Below are positions 49,957 to 60,649 of a stretch of 64,000 bases of DNA, piece after piece. The stretch is taken from positions 1,736,001 to 1,800,000 of the forward strand of contig NW_026515669.1 in the NCBI RefSeq assembly GCF_025526975.1, given 5' to 3'. A model generated the notes under the pieces. That model worked only from the letters and a program-made list of their open reading frames with translations, had not been told where the DNA came from and made no database searches. Within the stretch, counting starts at the first letter, position 1; each line of letters starts with the position of its first letter. This DNA comes from Fimicolochytrium jonesii (taxonomy: Eukaryota). A program made the position numbers and the translations under genes.

Positions 49957-50278
49957 CTAGTCGGAGAAAGCAGGCTGGCTGTCGTCTCCTGCCGTGGACG
50001 ACGACGCTGCCACCTCGACGGCGGCGGGTGCCTCGAGGGTGGCTGGGTCCGTGGAGGCAATGAGGGGGATATCGACGCTTCCTGTTGCTGCTTCCTCTGC
50101 GCGATTGGGATTTGGTTTAGGACGGATGGTTACAAAATAACGACAACTCTCGATGTAATGTGCTTCCGTTTTTCTCACCTGTGTTGAGGTTGCTTTCCAC
50201 AGCCTGCGGTACAGGCGCTGCTTGCGCGGCTATGGCCAGAAGAGGCAAGACGAGAGCAATGATGGCCTTGAATTGCAT
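49957..50278 (-). CDS. Small secreted acidic Ala/Ser/Thr-rich protein (about 79 aa)
   Basis: Signal peptide MQFKAIIALVLPLLAIAAQA followed by APVP. One intron (donor 50178) joins to EEAATGSVDIP...AFSD*. Confidence 0.75.
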
Positions 50279-50667
50279 GGTTGTTGTTGTGTTGGTGGTG
50301 GGTTGAGTCGAGTTGAGTTGCAGCAGCGATTCCGTTGGATTGCGTTGATTTACTCTGAGGGCCTTCCGGAAGCACAGCTCGCTTTTAAAAGATGGCCTCG
50401 CCAACGCTTACTGCGCATGTTCACCGCAACATCCATTTCGAAATTGGACATGGAACATGAGCGGATGCCGGCGGGAAGGCGACAGGATCCCATCAGGGAC
50501 AAGGACCATGTCTCAGTATCGATTGGCTGTGCGCTCGTCATCGTCCATAAGAGGTTGCAATTAACCAGGGGCATGGATAATCCCGCATTCTGTGCATTTC
50601 CTGCTGTCTTGGCAATGGACTGAGCCCCATGCAGAGCGTCTTGAAGCAGGTCCCTCGAATGAGCGAT

Positions 50668-50686
50668 GGGGGGGGGGGGGGGGGGG
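50668..50686 (+). repeat. G19 homopolymer
   Basis: Read directly from the sequence. Confidence 0.9.
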
Positions 50687-51057
50687 CAACTCGGTTTCAT
50701 CTCCGTGTTTCATGGGCGGAGTTCAGAAACGCCGTTACGAACGCGTTTGCGAGAGGCTTGCGTGGCTTGGCATGTGGCGAGGGGTTGCTAGACTGCGAGT
50801 AATGCCCAGCAATGGCCGACGACGAAGCATCGCATTCAACAAGGCCATTTGCACGGAAGCAACACTATTGGCGGAAGCATCTTCGAATAGCATCGTGCCT
50901 CAGCTCTCTCTGTCTAGATTGGCAACGGAGTTTGATCAATCTGGTTCGTAATTGGTCGCCGCCCACCGTGGTCGGTACGGTATTGCTGCCAGCGTCGTGA
51001 GGAACAACGATCAGCAGTAGCCCCATCCCCCAAAAGTTCTCTGTGGCGTCCGCTATA

Positions 51058-52281
51058 ATGTCTGCGACACAGAGCAGCTTCGGCAACCTTTTCCGCCGAA
51101 GTGCCTTCGCTTCCTTAGAAACCCTACCACATATCAACTCCGCACCTCAAATCCTAACAGCACCAGTCGCCGATCGCATCACTGGGAACTATGGTCTCAA
51201 GCATAACATCCCGCCACCGATAGTTCCCGACCTACCAAAGTATGTCGAGATAAGCGGAGTTCAGACCAACAAACTTGAACACTCGCTCTCTTACCAAAAT
51301 ATTCAGGTCGAGAGCCACGACCATCCCTGGACAAAATATGCGGTCGTAAAGCCCGCGACGGAAAAAGTGAAGCTGATGCAGGTGTGGAGTGAGATTACGC
51401 CGGTGACGACTGGCGTGCCGCGAGCGAGGGAGCAGGCGATGGACTCGTTTGCGAGGGATGAGGATTCTGGCCGGATGAAGTTTGCACCGAAAGTGCAGGC
51501 GACGAAGAAGCCTGAGGGATCGAGTGGGATGGCAGAGGCGGAGAAGGTGCAGAACCGACGACCACCACCAGACATGAGCTTGATGGACCTATCGCCGAAA
51601 CAATGGCGGAAGCTACTCCAACTCGCTCGCGAAATCCGTCCTCAGTATCTCAAAGAAGCCGCCGGCGAAAAGTGGGAATACTACCTCTCAGTCTACAAGC
51701 CGACCATGGGCCGAAACCACCCCGCAGCCATCGAAGTCCACCCGCCGCACTTCCACAACACAACGCCCGAAAACACCCTCGTGCAAGACGAGGACAAACC
51801 CCACTTTGTCAAAGGTCGCTACCTCAACCCCATCGCCCGAGGCGGCGTCTTCGCGGTCGGTGTCGGCGGCCACGTCGCCATCCTCCGGAACGAGAAACGA
51901 CCCGCGTACGATGGCATCGTCGGCGAGGGCGGTGATGGCGCCTACAGTAGCCAACAGGAGCGGTCCAACTTGGTCGAGTTTGTGGTCGATAAAGCTGCGT
52001 TCGATGACAAAGCCCGTCCCCAGATTCAGCTCACTTTTGTGGAGAACGTGTCGAGAATGTCTCCGGTTTCTGGACAGTCTGGGCTTCCAAGAAGGAGCAT
52101 TGATAGGCTGATAGGACAGCTCCCGGTGGATGCGAGTCGACGGCCGTTTGGAGTGCCCCCAACGGAGTCGTCATCCACTACCGACCGTTCAAATGCACCT
52201 CCGCGGAGACAAGGCGGTGATGTCGACACTATCTTGGGCCTCATGAGTCAGATGTCGAGCAAGAAGCCGAAATCGGAATGA
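51058..52281 (+). CDS. MRP51: Mitochondrial small-subunit ribosomal protein bS1m (MRP51-like)
   Basis: N-terminal FGNLFRRSAFASL...PQILTAP...GNYGLKHNIP, DLSPKQWRKLL..AREIRPQY and VKGRYLN...AVGVGGHVA resemble fungal MRP51 as recalled. Single exon. Confidence 0.7.
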   Translation: MSATQSSFGNLFRRSAFASLETLPHINSAPQILTAPVADRITGNYGLKHNIPPPIVPDLPKYVEISGVQTNKLEHSLSYQNIQVESHDHPWTKYAVVKPATEKVKLMQVWSEITPVTTGVPRAREQAMDSFARDEDSGRMKFAPKVQATKKPEGSSGMAEAEKVQNRRPPPDMSLMDLSPKQWRKLLQLAREIRPQYLKEAAGEKWEYYLSVYKPTMGRNHPAAIEVHPPHFHNTTPENTLVQDEDKPHFVKGRYLNPIARGGVFAVGVGGHVAILRNEKRPAYDGIVGEGGDGAYSSQQERSNLVEFVVDKAAFDDKARPQIQLTFVENVSRMSPVSGQSGLPRRSIDRLIGQLPVDASRRPFGVPPTESSSTTDRSNAPPRRQGGDVDTILGLMSQMSSKKPKSE

Positions 52282-52670
52282 GAAACATGCATTTTCTCCA
52301 TTATCAATGCTACCTCCCACCAACCTGAACACCATATCCGTCATTCCGCAATGCATCACCCGCCAGCTACCATCCATACCCCTCGTATCCCCCAGTTCCC
52401 CGCAATCCATAGATGATTATATATACACGATGGGAATGTAGCCTCCCTTGTAATCAATCATATACGGTTCCTGGGCTGACTCTGCGCACTTTGTCGAATG
52501 TTCTGAGTAAATACATGCGAAAGAAGAACCTGGAAGTTGTCACTCGTTCAACGTTGCATGCTCACGACACGCGAAGCCAACGCGCCTCAAGCCTCGACTG
52601 CTTTCCCATTGCTTTCCTACCCCTTCACCTTTCTCCGCACAACCCGTTCACGAGAACCAAGGAAAGGATT

Positions 52671-53998
52671 ATGACCACCCAAATAGACGCAGCTGCCCTC
52701 CAAGAAGAGTGGAACAGGTACGTCAACCGCCGCCCTCACTACCTCCCTTATACACTCCTTCTGAAAACAGGCATCTTCGTTTCAGGCAGCAAACCGACCT
52801 CACAGCCCGCATCATCTCCCACGACGTCCTCTCCTTCCACCCGCCTCCCTCAGAATCATCACCATCCTTCGTCCAACACACACCGCACGCCGGCGGCTGC
52901 AAGGCTCGTGGTTGCGACGCGGATACCAACCCGTGGCCCGGCCTGAAGTACATTGCCGGGATGGATGTGTCGTTCTTCGAGGGCACGGATGAGGCTATCG
53001 GGTGTCTTGTCGTGTTGAGTGTACCAGGGATGGAGGTAGGGTTGAGTGGGATGTTGTGTTTAGGTGGCGGAGGATGGTGGGCTCAATTGACGAGGATTCA
53101 GTGCTGATTGAGCGGCGCTTTTGCGGACAGCAAGTATACGTGGATTGTCAAAAAGGTGCGGGAAGTTTGAGGACTGCTGAGGAGGGGTGATTGGAGTTCA
53201 TTTAACGCCGGGTGTATGTTTACAGTGACACTCGACACGCCGTATATACCATCCTACCTCGCGTTCCGCGAAGCGCCGATTCTGCTGAGGATGCTGCAGA
53301 AGGTGCGGGATACGCTGCCGGAGGTGGTGCCGCAGGTGTTGATGATTGATGGGAATGGAGGTGAGAGGGGGGAGGGGGGAGCGAGGGGACAGGGCCGTTG
53401 GAACACCTGATATGAGCATTGGCTGATCGAGGGAGATATTGATATCTCTTGTGATTATTAGTTCTGCATCCCCGGAAATGCGGCCTGGCATGTCATGTCG
53501 GCGTGCTTGCTGGTGAGTTGTACACTCACGGGGCCTGAGTGGGTCGACCCCATCTCTTACACCTCTACCATGGACAGACATCCCAGCAATAGGCGTCGCC
53601 AAGAACTTCCTGCAAATCGATTCCGAGAACCTTGTCCTCCGGAATATGAAGGACATGTCGAAGCAACATCTGACGAAAGCCGGGGATTGGTTTCCGATCG
53701 TGGGTGAAGCGTCGGGGGAGGTTTATGGAGCTGTAAGTCTGTGCCTCCAAACAAAAGCCTGCCACAGCACGATTGAATCCATTTCCCGATTTCGTAGGCG
53801 TTACGAGCAACATCAGACGCCGCCAACCCGGTGTTTGTCTCTCCGGGACACCGGATCTCGTTGAGGACGTCGGTGGAGTTGACGGCGTGGTGTAGTGTTT
53901 TTAGAGTGCCAGAGCCGATTAGGGCGGCGGATTATGCGAGTAGAGAGGTAGTTAGGGCGGTGGAGAGAGAAGCTGCTGTTAAGAAATCTGAAGTGTGA
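52671..53998 (+). CDS. ENDOV: Endonuclease V
   Basis: YIAGMDVSF, PYIPSYLAFREAP, LMIDGNGVLHPRKCGLACHVGVL, IGVAKN, PVFVSPGHRISL and FRVPEPIRAAD, joined across several introns. Confidence 0.95.
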
Positions 53999-54214
53999 GA
54001 TGGAGGATGTCCAGTGTGGGGTGGTAGCTAATATCTCTTGTCTATAGACATTTGCATGCAGGCGTAATTTCTAGGTTGACGCTGATAGCCAGCCATTGCA
54101 TCGGGCTCCAAATATATAATGTGTATGTAAAGAAAACCTGGGCGCGGAGTAAAAGCCGTGTACCCGCTATAGCCATCACTACATGCATGACTCTGTGGAC
54201 CATGGAGGGTTTCC

Positions 54215-55443
54215 CTACTTCTTGGAACCCGCCTTCTTTGCCTTCTCAGCCATAGCCTGTCTCTCCTCCCTCGTCTTCGGTTTCCTAAATTTGGCCCACG
54301 GGTCATTAGAATCCGCCTCTTCCTTCTCCTTCGCCACAACCCGCTCTTCCAAGAACGGGATCTGGAACCCCGACAAGCACATGACAGTCTCCCAATCGCT
54401 CTTTCCCGTGGTCTGCACAACGATGTCCGTGTCGAACAGCTTCGGGTACATGTCGAAATGGGGTTCGATATCCGGGAAGTAACCGACGGCGGGGCCCGGG
54501 AGGCGGAGGGTTATGGACCCGTTGTCGTCGCCGACAGGGTTGATCCCGTTCCATTCACGCAGACGGGGGAGCACGGTCTGGGTGAGTTTGTCGAGGAACT
54601 CGTACATGCGCACGCCGCGGAGCTCGACCTGGGCGCCGAGCGGCATTCCGGCGCGGATCTTCTTGGCCGCGTCGCCGGCTGTTGCGAAGATGGGTTCGGC
54701 GCGCACGCCGGAGATGGCTTGGAGGGACATGATGGCTGATAGCAGGACCATTCTGAAAATGGAGTGTAGGGTCAGTCTCTCGTCTGTGGAGTACATCGAA
54801 AGTCTGTCGGCGGTATCTCTTACTTGTTCTGCACAGCACTCTCGTCCCAAATCCTCAACACCACCCTCGACACAATCGGCACTCTCGACGGCAACGGCGA
54901 GTACGGCGGCGGCGGCGGCGCATCCTCCCTCCTAAACAACCTCTCCTTCGCCACCGTCGTATAATCGATCGGGTTGAAAGAACCCCGCCTAAACACCCGT
55001 TTCAGCACCACCTCCTTGACCTTCGCATTCTCCAGGGTCAGCAGGTTCGTCACCGTGTCGGAACCCGGGTATGTCGGCAGCTGCTCGACCTTCACCGAGT
55101 AGAGCGCCTGCAGCGGGTTAGGCGGCAGGCTGCGTTGCCATTCCTTCTGTGTGGCGAGGTGCGAGAGCGAGGCGTGCGCCGAGCTGTGATCGTATGTGAG
55201 CACGAGGAGATCTTCCAGGAGGGAATTGTAGTAGTGCTCTTCGAGGCGGGGACGGGATACTGGTATCGACTGAGGGCTGGGTGAGGCTTCGGGCGCTGGT
55301 GGTGGAACGGCGGGTGTGTCTGATAGCGAGGAGGGGGTTTCCACAGCGGTTGCAAAGCTTCGTAATGGGGACGACTGGAATGGTGCTATTGGCGACCGCC
55401 GTGGCAGAGACCGCAGCTTGCAGCCGCGAGCTATGGACGCCAT
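54215..55443 (-). CDS. MRPL7: Mitochondrial large-subunit ribosomal protein uL5m
   Basis: Arg-rich presequence, RLEEHYYNSLLEDLLVLTY, LQAISGVRAEP, IRAGMPLGAQVEL, MYEFLDKL...LPRLREW and FPDIEPHFDMYP. One intron. Confidence 0.9.
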
Positions 55444-55743
55444 ACTGAAGTTCGGTCTGCTGTCTAGTTGCTTCTGTTCGTCGAAGCCCTTAGATCGTGG
55501 CCAGGAAGGATTGTTGTTTGGGAGCAGCTTCAAATTTCAGATTCTGCGAACGAGAAAAACCAGCTCGCGTCCTGCAAAGGCGTTTCCATTCTGGTTTCCA
55601 TTTGCAACATTGCACTTGGCTTCCTGCTCCCCATCTGCAGTTTCATAAACCTCGTGATAGAGACATATCATAAGCACTTTCGCTAGGCTGTATAGCTGCT
55701 TTTCTTCTTCCCACCGCACTAGTTCTTTCTCGCCTCGTTCAGC

Positions 55744-56811
55744 ATGGACTTCGACAACGGAGTAGTTTCCTTGGTCCCCGTGAGCTCTGCGCCTCGTCAG
55801 CGACGACAAAGGCGCGGTCCACTTGACCTGGGAAGCTTCCTGGAGAAGCTCCGCACGACAGCCACGTCTGCCCTGATCCCGGCGGCGGATAGCCGAGAAG
55901 CTATATTGGAAAAGATTGCGCAAGGTATGCGCTCGATTTTATCACCCCGAGGATTTTTCCCACGGGATTGCTAACCGCACCGACCTGCACGCAAAGCCGA
56001 ATATGCCTTGAGAGACCAGAGCACGTACCTGGAGAACTTGAGGATTGAGCAGGAGCAGCTTCAGTCGCGCGTGGAGGAAAACGTTAGAGTGATTCACGAG
56101 TGAGCGTCGCTTCACGAACCGTACGCGGAGACACAAATCGGCCGAAGATCTCGCTGCTTAACCCTTCCGATGTAGCCTGGAAGTCCATATAACGGATTAC
56201 AGCAACGAAACATGGCACGGAGACGTCCGTCTCGCCGATCAGCGCGATCGGACGCAGACTCTCAGGTTTCAAATCGTACGTGGCTTTCCCACCAGCGTCG
56301 CCTGTATCGCTCATACGACTTGGACAGATACCGCTGCGAAGCTCGATGGACGTCATTGAAGGAGGTGATGAAAGCTCAGGAACAGCTCTTGCGCCAGGCC
56401 CTGGATGAATGGAAGAAGAGCGACGATGCGGGTGTGCAGAAGGACGCGATTGAGATGGTGGAGAGATCTATACTTGATCTTGACAGAGGTGATGACCTTG
56501 CACTCGCATGGAGCAGCTGGGAACGGAATGAGAACTGATCCTGGGTTCGTCGCATAGCTTGGACGGAGTATAAGGAGGCCGCGGCACGATTAGCTGCGGA
56601 GCATACAGGTTCGGGTCGTAGATGACGAAAAGGACGACGCGACGGTGGCCTTCAACGTGTCGTTTCCAGAGATTCGCCAACGAACGCAGGATACCTTACG
56701 CCGCGACACCGAAGAAGCGCAGGGTCACTCCAAGTTCCAGAACCAGGAGATCAGCAATGACGAGAACTCGGATGGGGTTGCAGAATGGGGTAAGATGTGA
56801 AACTTCGGAGC
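55744..56811 (+). CDS. Hypothetical spliced coiled-coil protein (ends uncertain)
   Basis: Several short open segments can be joined in frame by GT-AG introns (donors near 55925, 56100, 56225, 56489 and 56610). No recognisable family. Confidence 0.5.
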
Positions 56812-57658
56812 TACGATAATGCAGGCCGCTTGATCCGATTCTTCTTGTTTTGACTCGAAAAAGTGTTTGACGAAATGCGGTCTATCGAGCGACGCATCAG
56901 GGAAAGCACGGGTCGGATGGAGGTTCTGAAGGTAGGTCAACACACGGCGCAGTATGATGTCGCACGGACATCCAACCGACCACGATTGGCGCATAGACGA
57001 TGCTGAAGGATTGAGGTCAAGAGCCTTACCTGCGGAGACACAGTCGGCATCCTTGACGGAGGGACATGGACTTTCATAGGAAGCAGCAAGATGCCCGGCT
57101 TTCCTCCCATCCCATGATGGTGGTATATACCATGGAGCGAAGCCTTACACCGTTTGCTGGGTATGGCCTATCCCTATTATGATGACCTTTTGGCCGTTTT
57201 TGCTGTTCGGGTTCTGACGTATGACATTGATACATTGAGTTGTTTCTGAGAAGCATTTGAAGACGCATCTATGTAAACCGTAGAGCAATGGGATGCATTT
57301 TATGCTTATTACGAAACACGTGAGAGTGCCTTTGTGAATTGAACTGTGGAGGATGCCTGAAGTGGGTGTGGGGCACCAAAAGAATGCGGGCCCCAAACTT
57401 ATGGTGTCCCGCAATCACCCCAGGCCGTTGGTCTCTTTTTTTTTTCCCCGTATGCGAGAATGAAGAGGGAAATTGGCAGCTGGATGATGATGTCTGGCAA
57501 CAGTGAGCGCACGCCGGGCATGAGATATGCACCACCCCCTTTTTTTTTTTACAGCGTACAAGACTGCAAATAACATGAGGGACATCTATAGTGTATAATA
57601 GTCAAATTGCAAAGAAAAACTTTCGCTGGCCCTATCTACACAAGACACACAGCTCCCT

Positions 57659-59509
57659 CTACCACTTAACAGCCAACCCACTCACATCCGTCTTCTCCAC
57701 CGCCCGATACCGCGTATGCAGCATCTCCCTCGCCTTCTCCGTCTCCCTCCCACCCAACCACGTCTCATACAACAGATCCACCGCCGCGTTTCTATCCGGG
57801 GGCTGCACGCCGCCTGTGCGCGCGACACTGCGGTAGGCTTGCTCGGTTAGGTTGATCCAGTCGCGGGGGTTGGTGGGGGTGGTGGTTGGGATGGGTGAGG
57901 GAGGGGGCGTGGGTGGTTTGAGCTGCCCGCCGCCGTTGATGCAGCCAGAGGGACAGGCCATGATTTCGATGTAGTCGTATGGTGCCGTTACAGCCGCAGT
58001 GGAAGCAGACGCCGCACCCACCCGCCGTCTCCTCACAGCGCCCCGCATCCCCGTCCCTGTCCCCGTCGCTGCCGAAGCGGACGCAGGGGCATCGACCTTC
58101 CTCACCAGATTCTGTATATTCCTAAACCCGTACGCGATCGCGAACCTCAGCACGGGCGTTTCCGTATCCGTGGGGAGGTAGAACAGGTACTCCTTCGAAT
58201 CGGGGTTTCGTCCCGGGCGGATCTCGACGCCGTTCGTGCCTGCTTCGACGTCCTCGAGGGACAGCTGGATGTTGAACAGCTCGGAGGCGGCGTAGCGGAG
58301 GATGTAGGAGAGGTAGCCGCCTGATGAGGAGCCTTCTGTTCCCGCTAATATGGGTGCGTCGATGAGGGCGGTTATAGCCATTGGGTTGTAGTTATCGGCC
58401 GGCGAGTGCATGACGGCTTTCGTGAACAGGCTGTCGTCCAGTGGTAGGGCGGGGATATCGGGGAGGTGCATGTTATGTTCCGCTAGCATCTGGTCGACCT
58501 CGCCGGTAGTGATCACGCAATCGACGTCGCGGGTGGAATACAGGTCGCTGTAGAAATCCTGGCGGGACGCTTCGAGTTTCTTGTCGTAGCAGGGCATCAC
58601 GGCGACGTGGTAGACTTGCGCGGGCGAGGTGTGGCCGACTTGCCGCGCGAGGTAGTCTTTCACGAGGGAGCCCATGATTTGTTGAGGGGATTTGGTGCTG
58701 TCGATGTAAGGGATGATGTGATCGTGCGTTTTTTCGGCGTAGCAGATCCAGCCCGGGCAGGCGCTGGCGAGCATGGGGAGTGGGGCAGGTGGTGAGGGTG
58801 GTGATGACGTCGATAGGGGGCTTTGCAATCCTATTGCACCCCCTCCGCGGTATTGTCTGTACCGCTTGACGAATTCCCTTCCGCTCTCCAGTAACGCGAA
58901 ATCGCGCGAGAAGGCCGTGTCGAAGACATAGTGTGCACCCAGGTACGATTTGAAGAACCACAGTAACCGTTTGTGCACTTCCAGTGGCGTGATGTTATAC
59001 TTTGCTGCCAACGACGCTCGCGACTGCGGCGAGACCGAAATGACCACCGTGCGGAATTGTGGTCTCTGAGGTGCTTCCTCGCCATTCACCTCCATCGCCA
59101 CTTCTCCTGCCGACACCACTCCGCCGTTCGCCTCCGCCTCTTTGTTCGCCTTTAGAACATCATAGAGCTCTTTATGGCTCTGCATTGTGATCAGTACACT
59201 CTCCGCGGAGGTGATACACCCGCTGCATGCTAGACAGTCGTTGAGCGATATGGAAGCTGTTTCGAGTTTCGTTTCGTCGCCGTCCCGGGAGACCTCGTAG
59301 TAGCCGCCTGTGTCGTCTATCCGTATCTGCGACTGTGGAAGGGGTGTCCATTGTGAGTATTCGGGCAGTGTAGGTGTATTTGTAATGCTGTCAACGACGG
59401 TTACCTGGTCATTAGCCTTCTTCTTGACTTCGACTGGCTTGATACAGGCCTGGGAGGGGGTGATGAAGTCGTTGAGGTCGGTGAGGGTGACTGCACCCGA
59501 GAAGCCCAT
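57659..59509 (-). CDS. NAR1: Cytosolic Fe-S cluster assembly factor Nar1 (IOP1/CIAO3)
   Basis: MGFSGAVTLTDLNDFITPSQACIKPV, ISLNDCLACSGCITSAE, LASACPGWICYAEK, KSPQQIMG, VMPCYDKKLEASR and EIMACPSGCINGGGQ, with a C-terminal Trp. In-frame intron at 59333-59404. Confidence 0.96.
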   Translation of the reverse strand: MGFSGAVTLTDLNDFITPSQACIKPVEVKKKANDQVTVVDSITNTPTLPEYSQWTPLPQSQIRIDDTGGYYEVSRDGDETKLETASISLNDCLACSGCITSAESVLITMQSHKELYDVLKANKEAEANGGVVSAGEVAMEVNGEEAPQRPQFRTVVISVSPQSRASLAAKYNITPLEVHKRLLWFFKSYLGAHYVFDTAFSRDFALLESGREFVKRYRQYRGGGAIGLQSPLSTSSPPSPPAPLPMLASACPGWICYAEKTHDHIIPYIDSTKSPQQIMGSLVKDYLARQVGHTSPAQVYHVAVMPCYDKKLEASRQDFYSDLYSTRDVDCVITTGEVDQMLAEHNMHLPDIPALPLDDSLFTKAVMHSPADNYNPMAITALIDAPILAGTEGSSSGGYLSYILRYAASELFNIQLSLEDVEAGTNGVEIRPGRNPDSKEYLFYLPTDTETPVLRFAIAYGFRNIQNLVRKVDAPASASAATGTGTGMRGAVRRRRVGAASASTAAVTAPYDYIEIMACPSGCINGGGQLKPPTPPPSPIPTTTPTNPRDWINLTEQAYRSVARTGGVQPPDRNAAVDLLYETWLGGRETEKAREMLHTRYRAVEKTDVSGLAVKW

Positions 59510-59736
59510 TATGAGAAGGTGAGTGTGCCTTGTTGTCTGTCTGTAGTTGTCAGTGCGAGGTGAATTGGGGAGAGACTCGAAGACGCCGCGATCGGACATG
59601 CTTCCCCAATGCGCGCGATCCCACGGCCATGTCCAGCCAGACAGACTCCCTTCCTCCTTTTTCCCGCTCTCACAAGCACCCATAGATACTACATACACCC
59701 TTCTCGCTTCCACATACTCTTCCTCAACCAGCAGCT

Positions 59737-60649
59737 ATGACCAACCCCGAGCCAACCGTCGCCGCCCCAGAAACAGCCCTCCCCGTCAAGCGTACCGACG
59801 ACAACGAGTTTACCCCGCCCGCCATCACCGTCAAGAAGGCAAAGAACGACTCCACCACCACCAGTGCTGAGCCCGCCGCTGCTCAAGCCACTCCCATGTA
59901 CGCCCCGTTACTCGTCAAGCGTCTGAGCGAGAAGGCCAGGTTGCCTACTAGGGGAAGCGCGTTCGCTGCTGGTTATGATCTTTACAGGTGCGTTGGGTTG
60001 CGATGGGAGGGCGAGCGGTGCGAGTAGTAAATTTGAGCAACAGCGAACGTTTGTTTTGTGATGCGGTTGTGGTCTTTGGGCACTGCGGAGTCGACACTGT
60101 TCCTGGTCTTGTTGAAAAGTCCATTCCTGAGCTTCATCCTATCCCATAGCGCAAAGGACGTAGTAATTCCCGCCCACAACCGCGCCGTCGTCCCCACCGA
60201 CATCTCCATCGCCGTGCCCGCAGGAACCTACGGCCGCGTGGCACCTCGCAGCGGGTTGGCCGTCAAGCACTTTATCGATACCGGTGCCGGGGTCGTTGAT
60301 GCAGACTACAGGGGACCTCTGGGTGTTGTGTTGTTCAACTTTGGCGAGAACCCTTTTGAAAGTATGTTATTTGGCGTCTTTGCTTTCGCAATGCCGTATT
60401 CCATTTTGGACTGTGCTGACTCTCTTATTTTCGAATACAGTCAAGGAGGGTGACAGGATCGCGCAACTGGTGCTGGAGAAGATTGTGACGCCCGATGTGA
60501 TGGAGGTCGAGGTATGGACTCTACTTTCTCGCACAGCATGCTCATTCTCTACATCGTCAGTCTAACCCTGTCATATAACCACTGCACAGAATCTTGAGGA
60601 GACGGTCCGTGGCGCCGGGGGATTCGGATCAACAGGCGTGTCGTTGTGA
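59737..60649 (+). CDS. DUT1: dUTP pyrophosphatase
   Basis: All five motifs are present: [32 protein letters not shown] and [10 protein letters not shown]. The N-terminus has a bipartite NLS-like VKR...KKAK. Three introns. Confidence 0.97.

Noticed and set aside
57659..59713. 684-aa ORF as an [FeFe]-hydrogenase, with a start at 59713
   Set aside because: The motifs (DLNDFITPSQAC, ACPGW rather than CCPGW, terminal Trp) identify Nar1. The upstream non-ATG extension covers the shared promoter.
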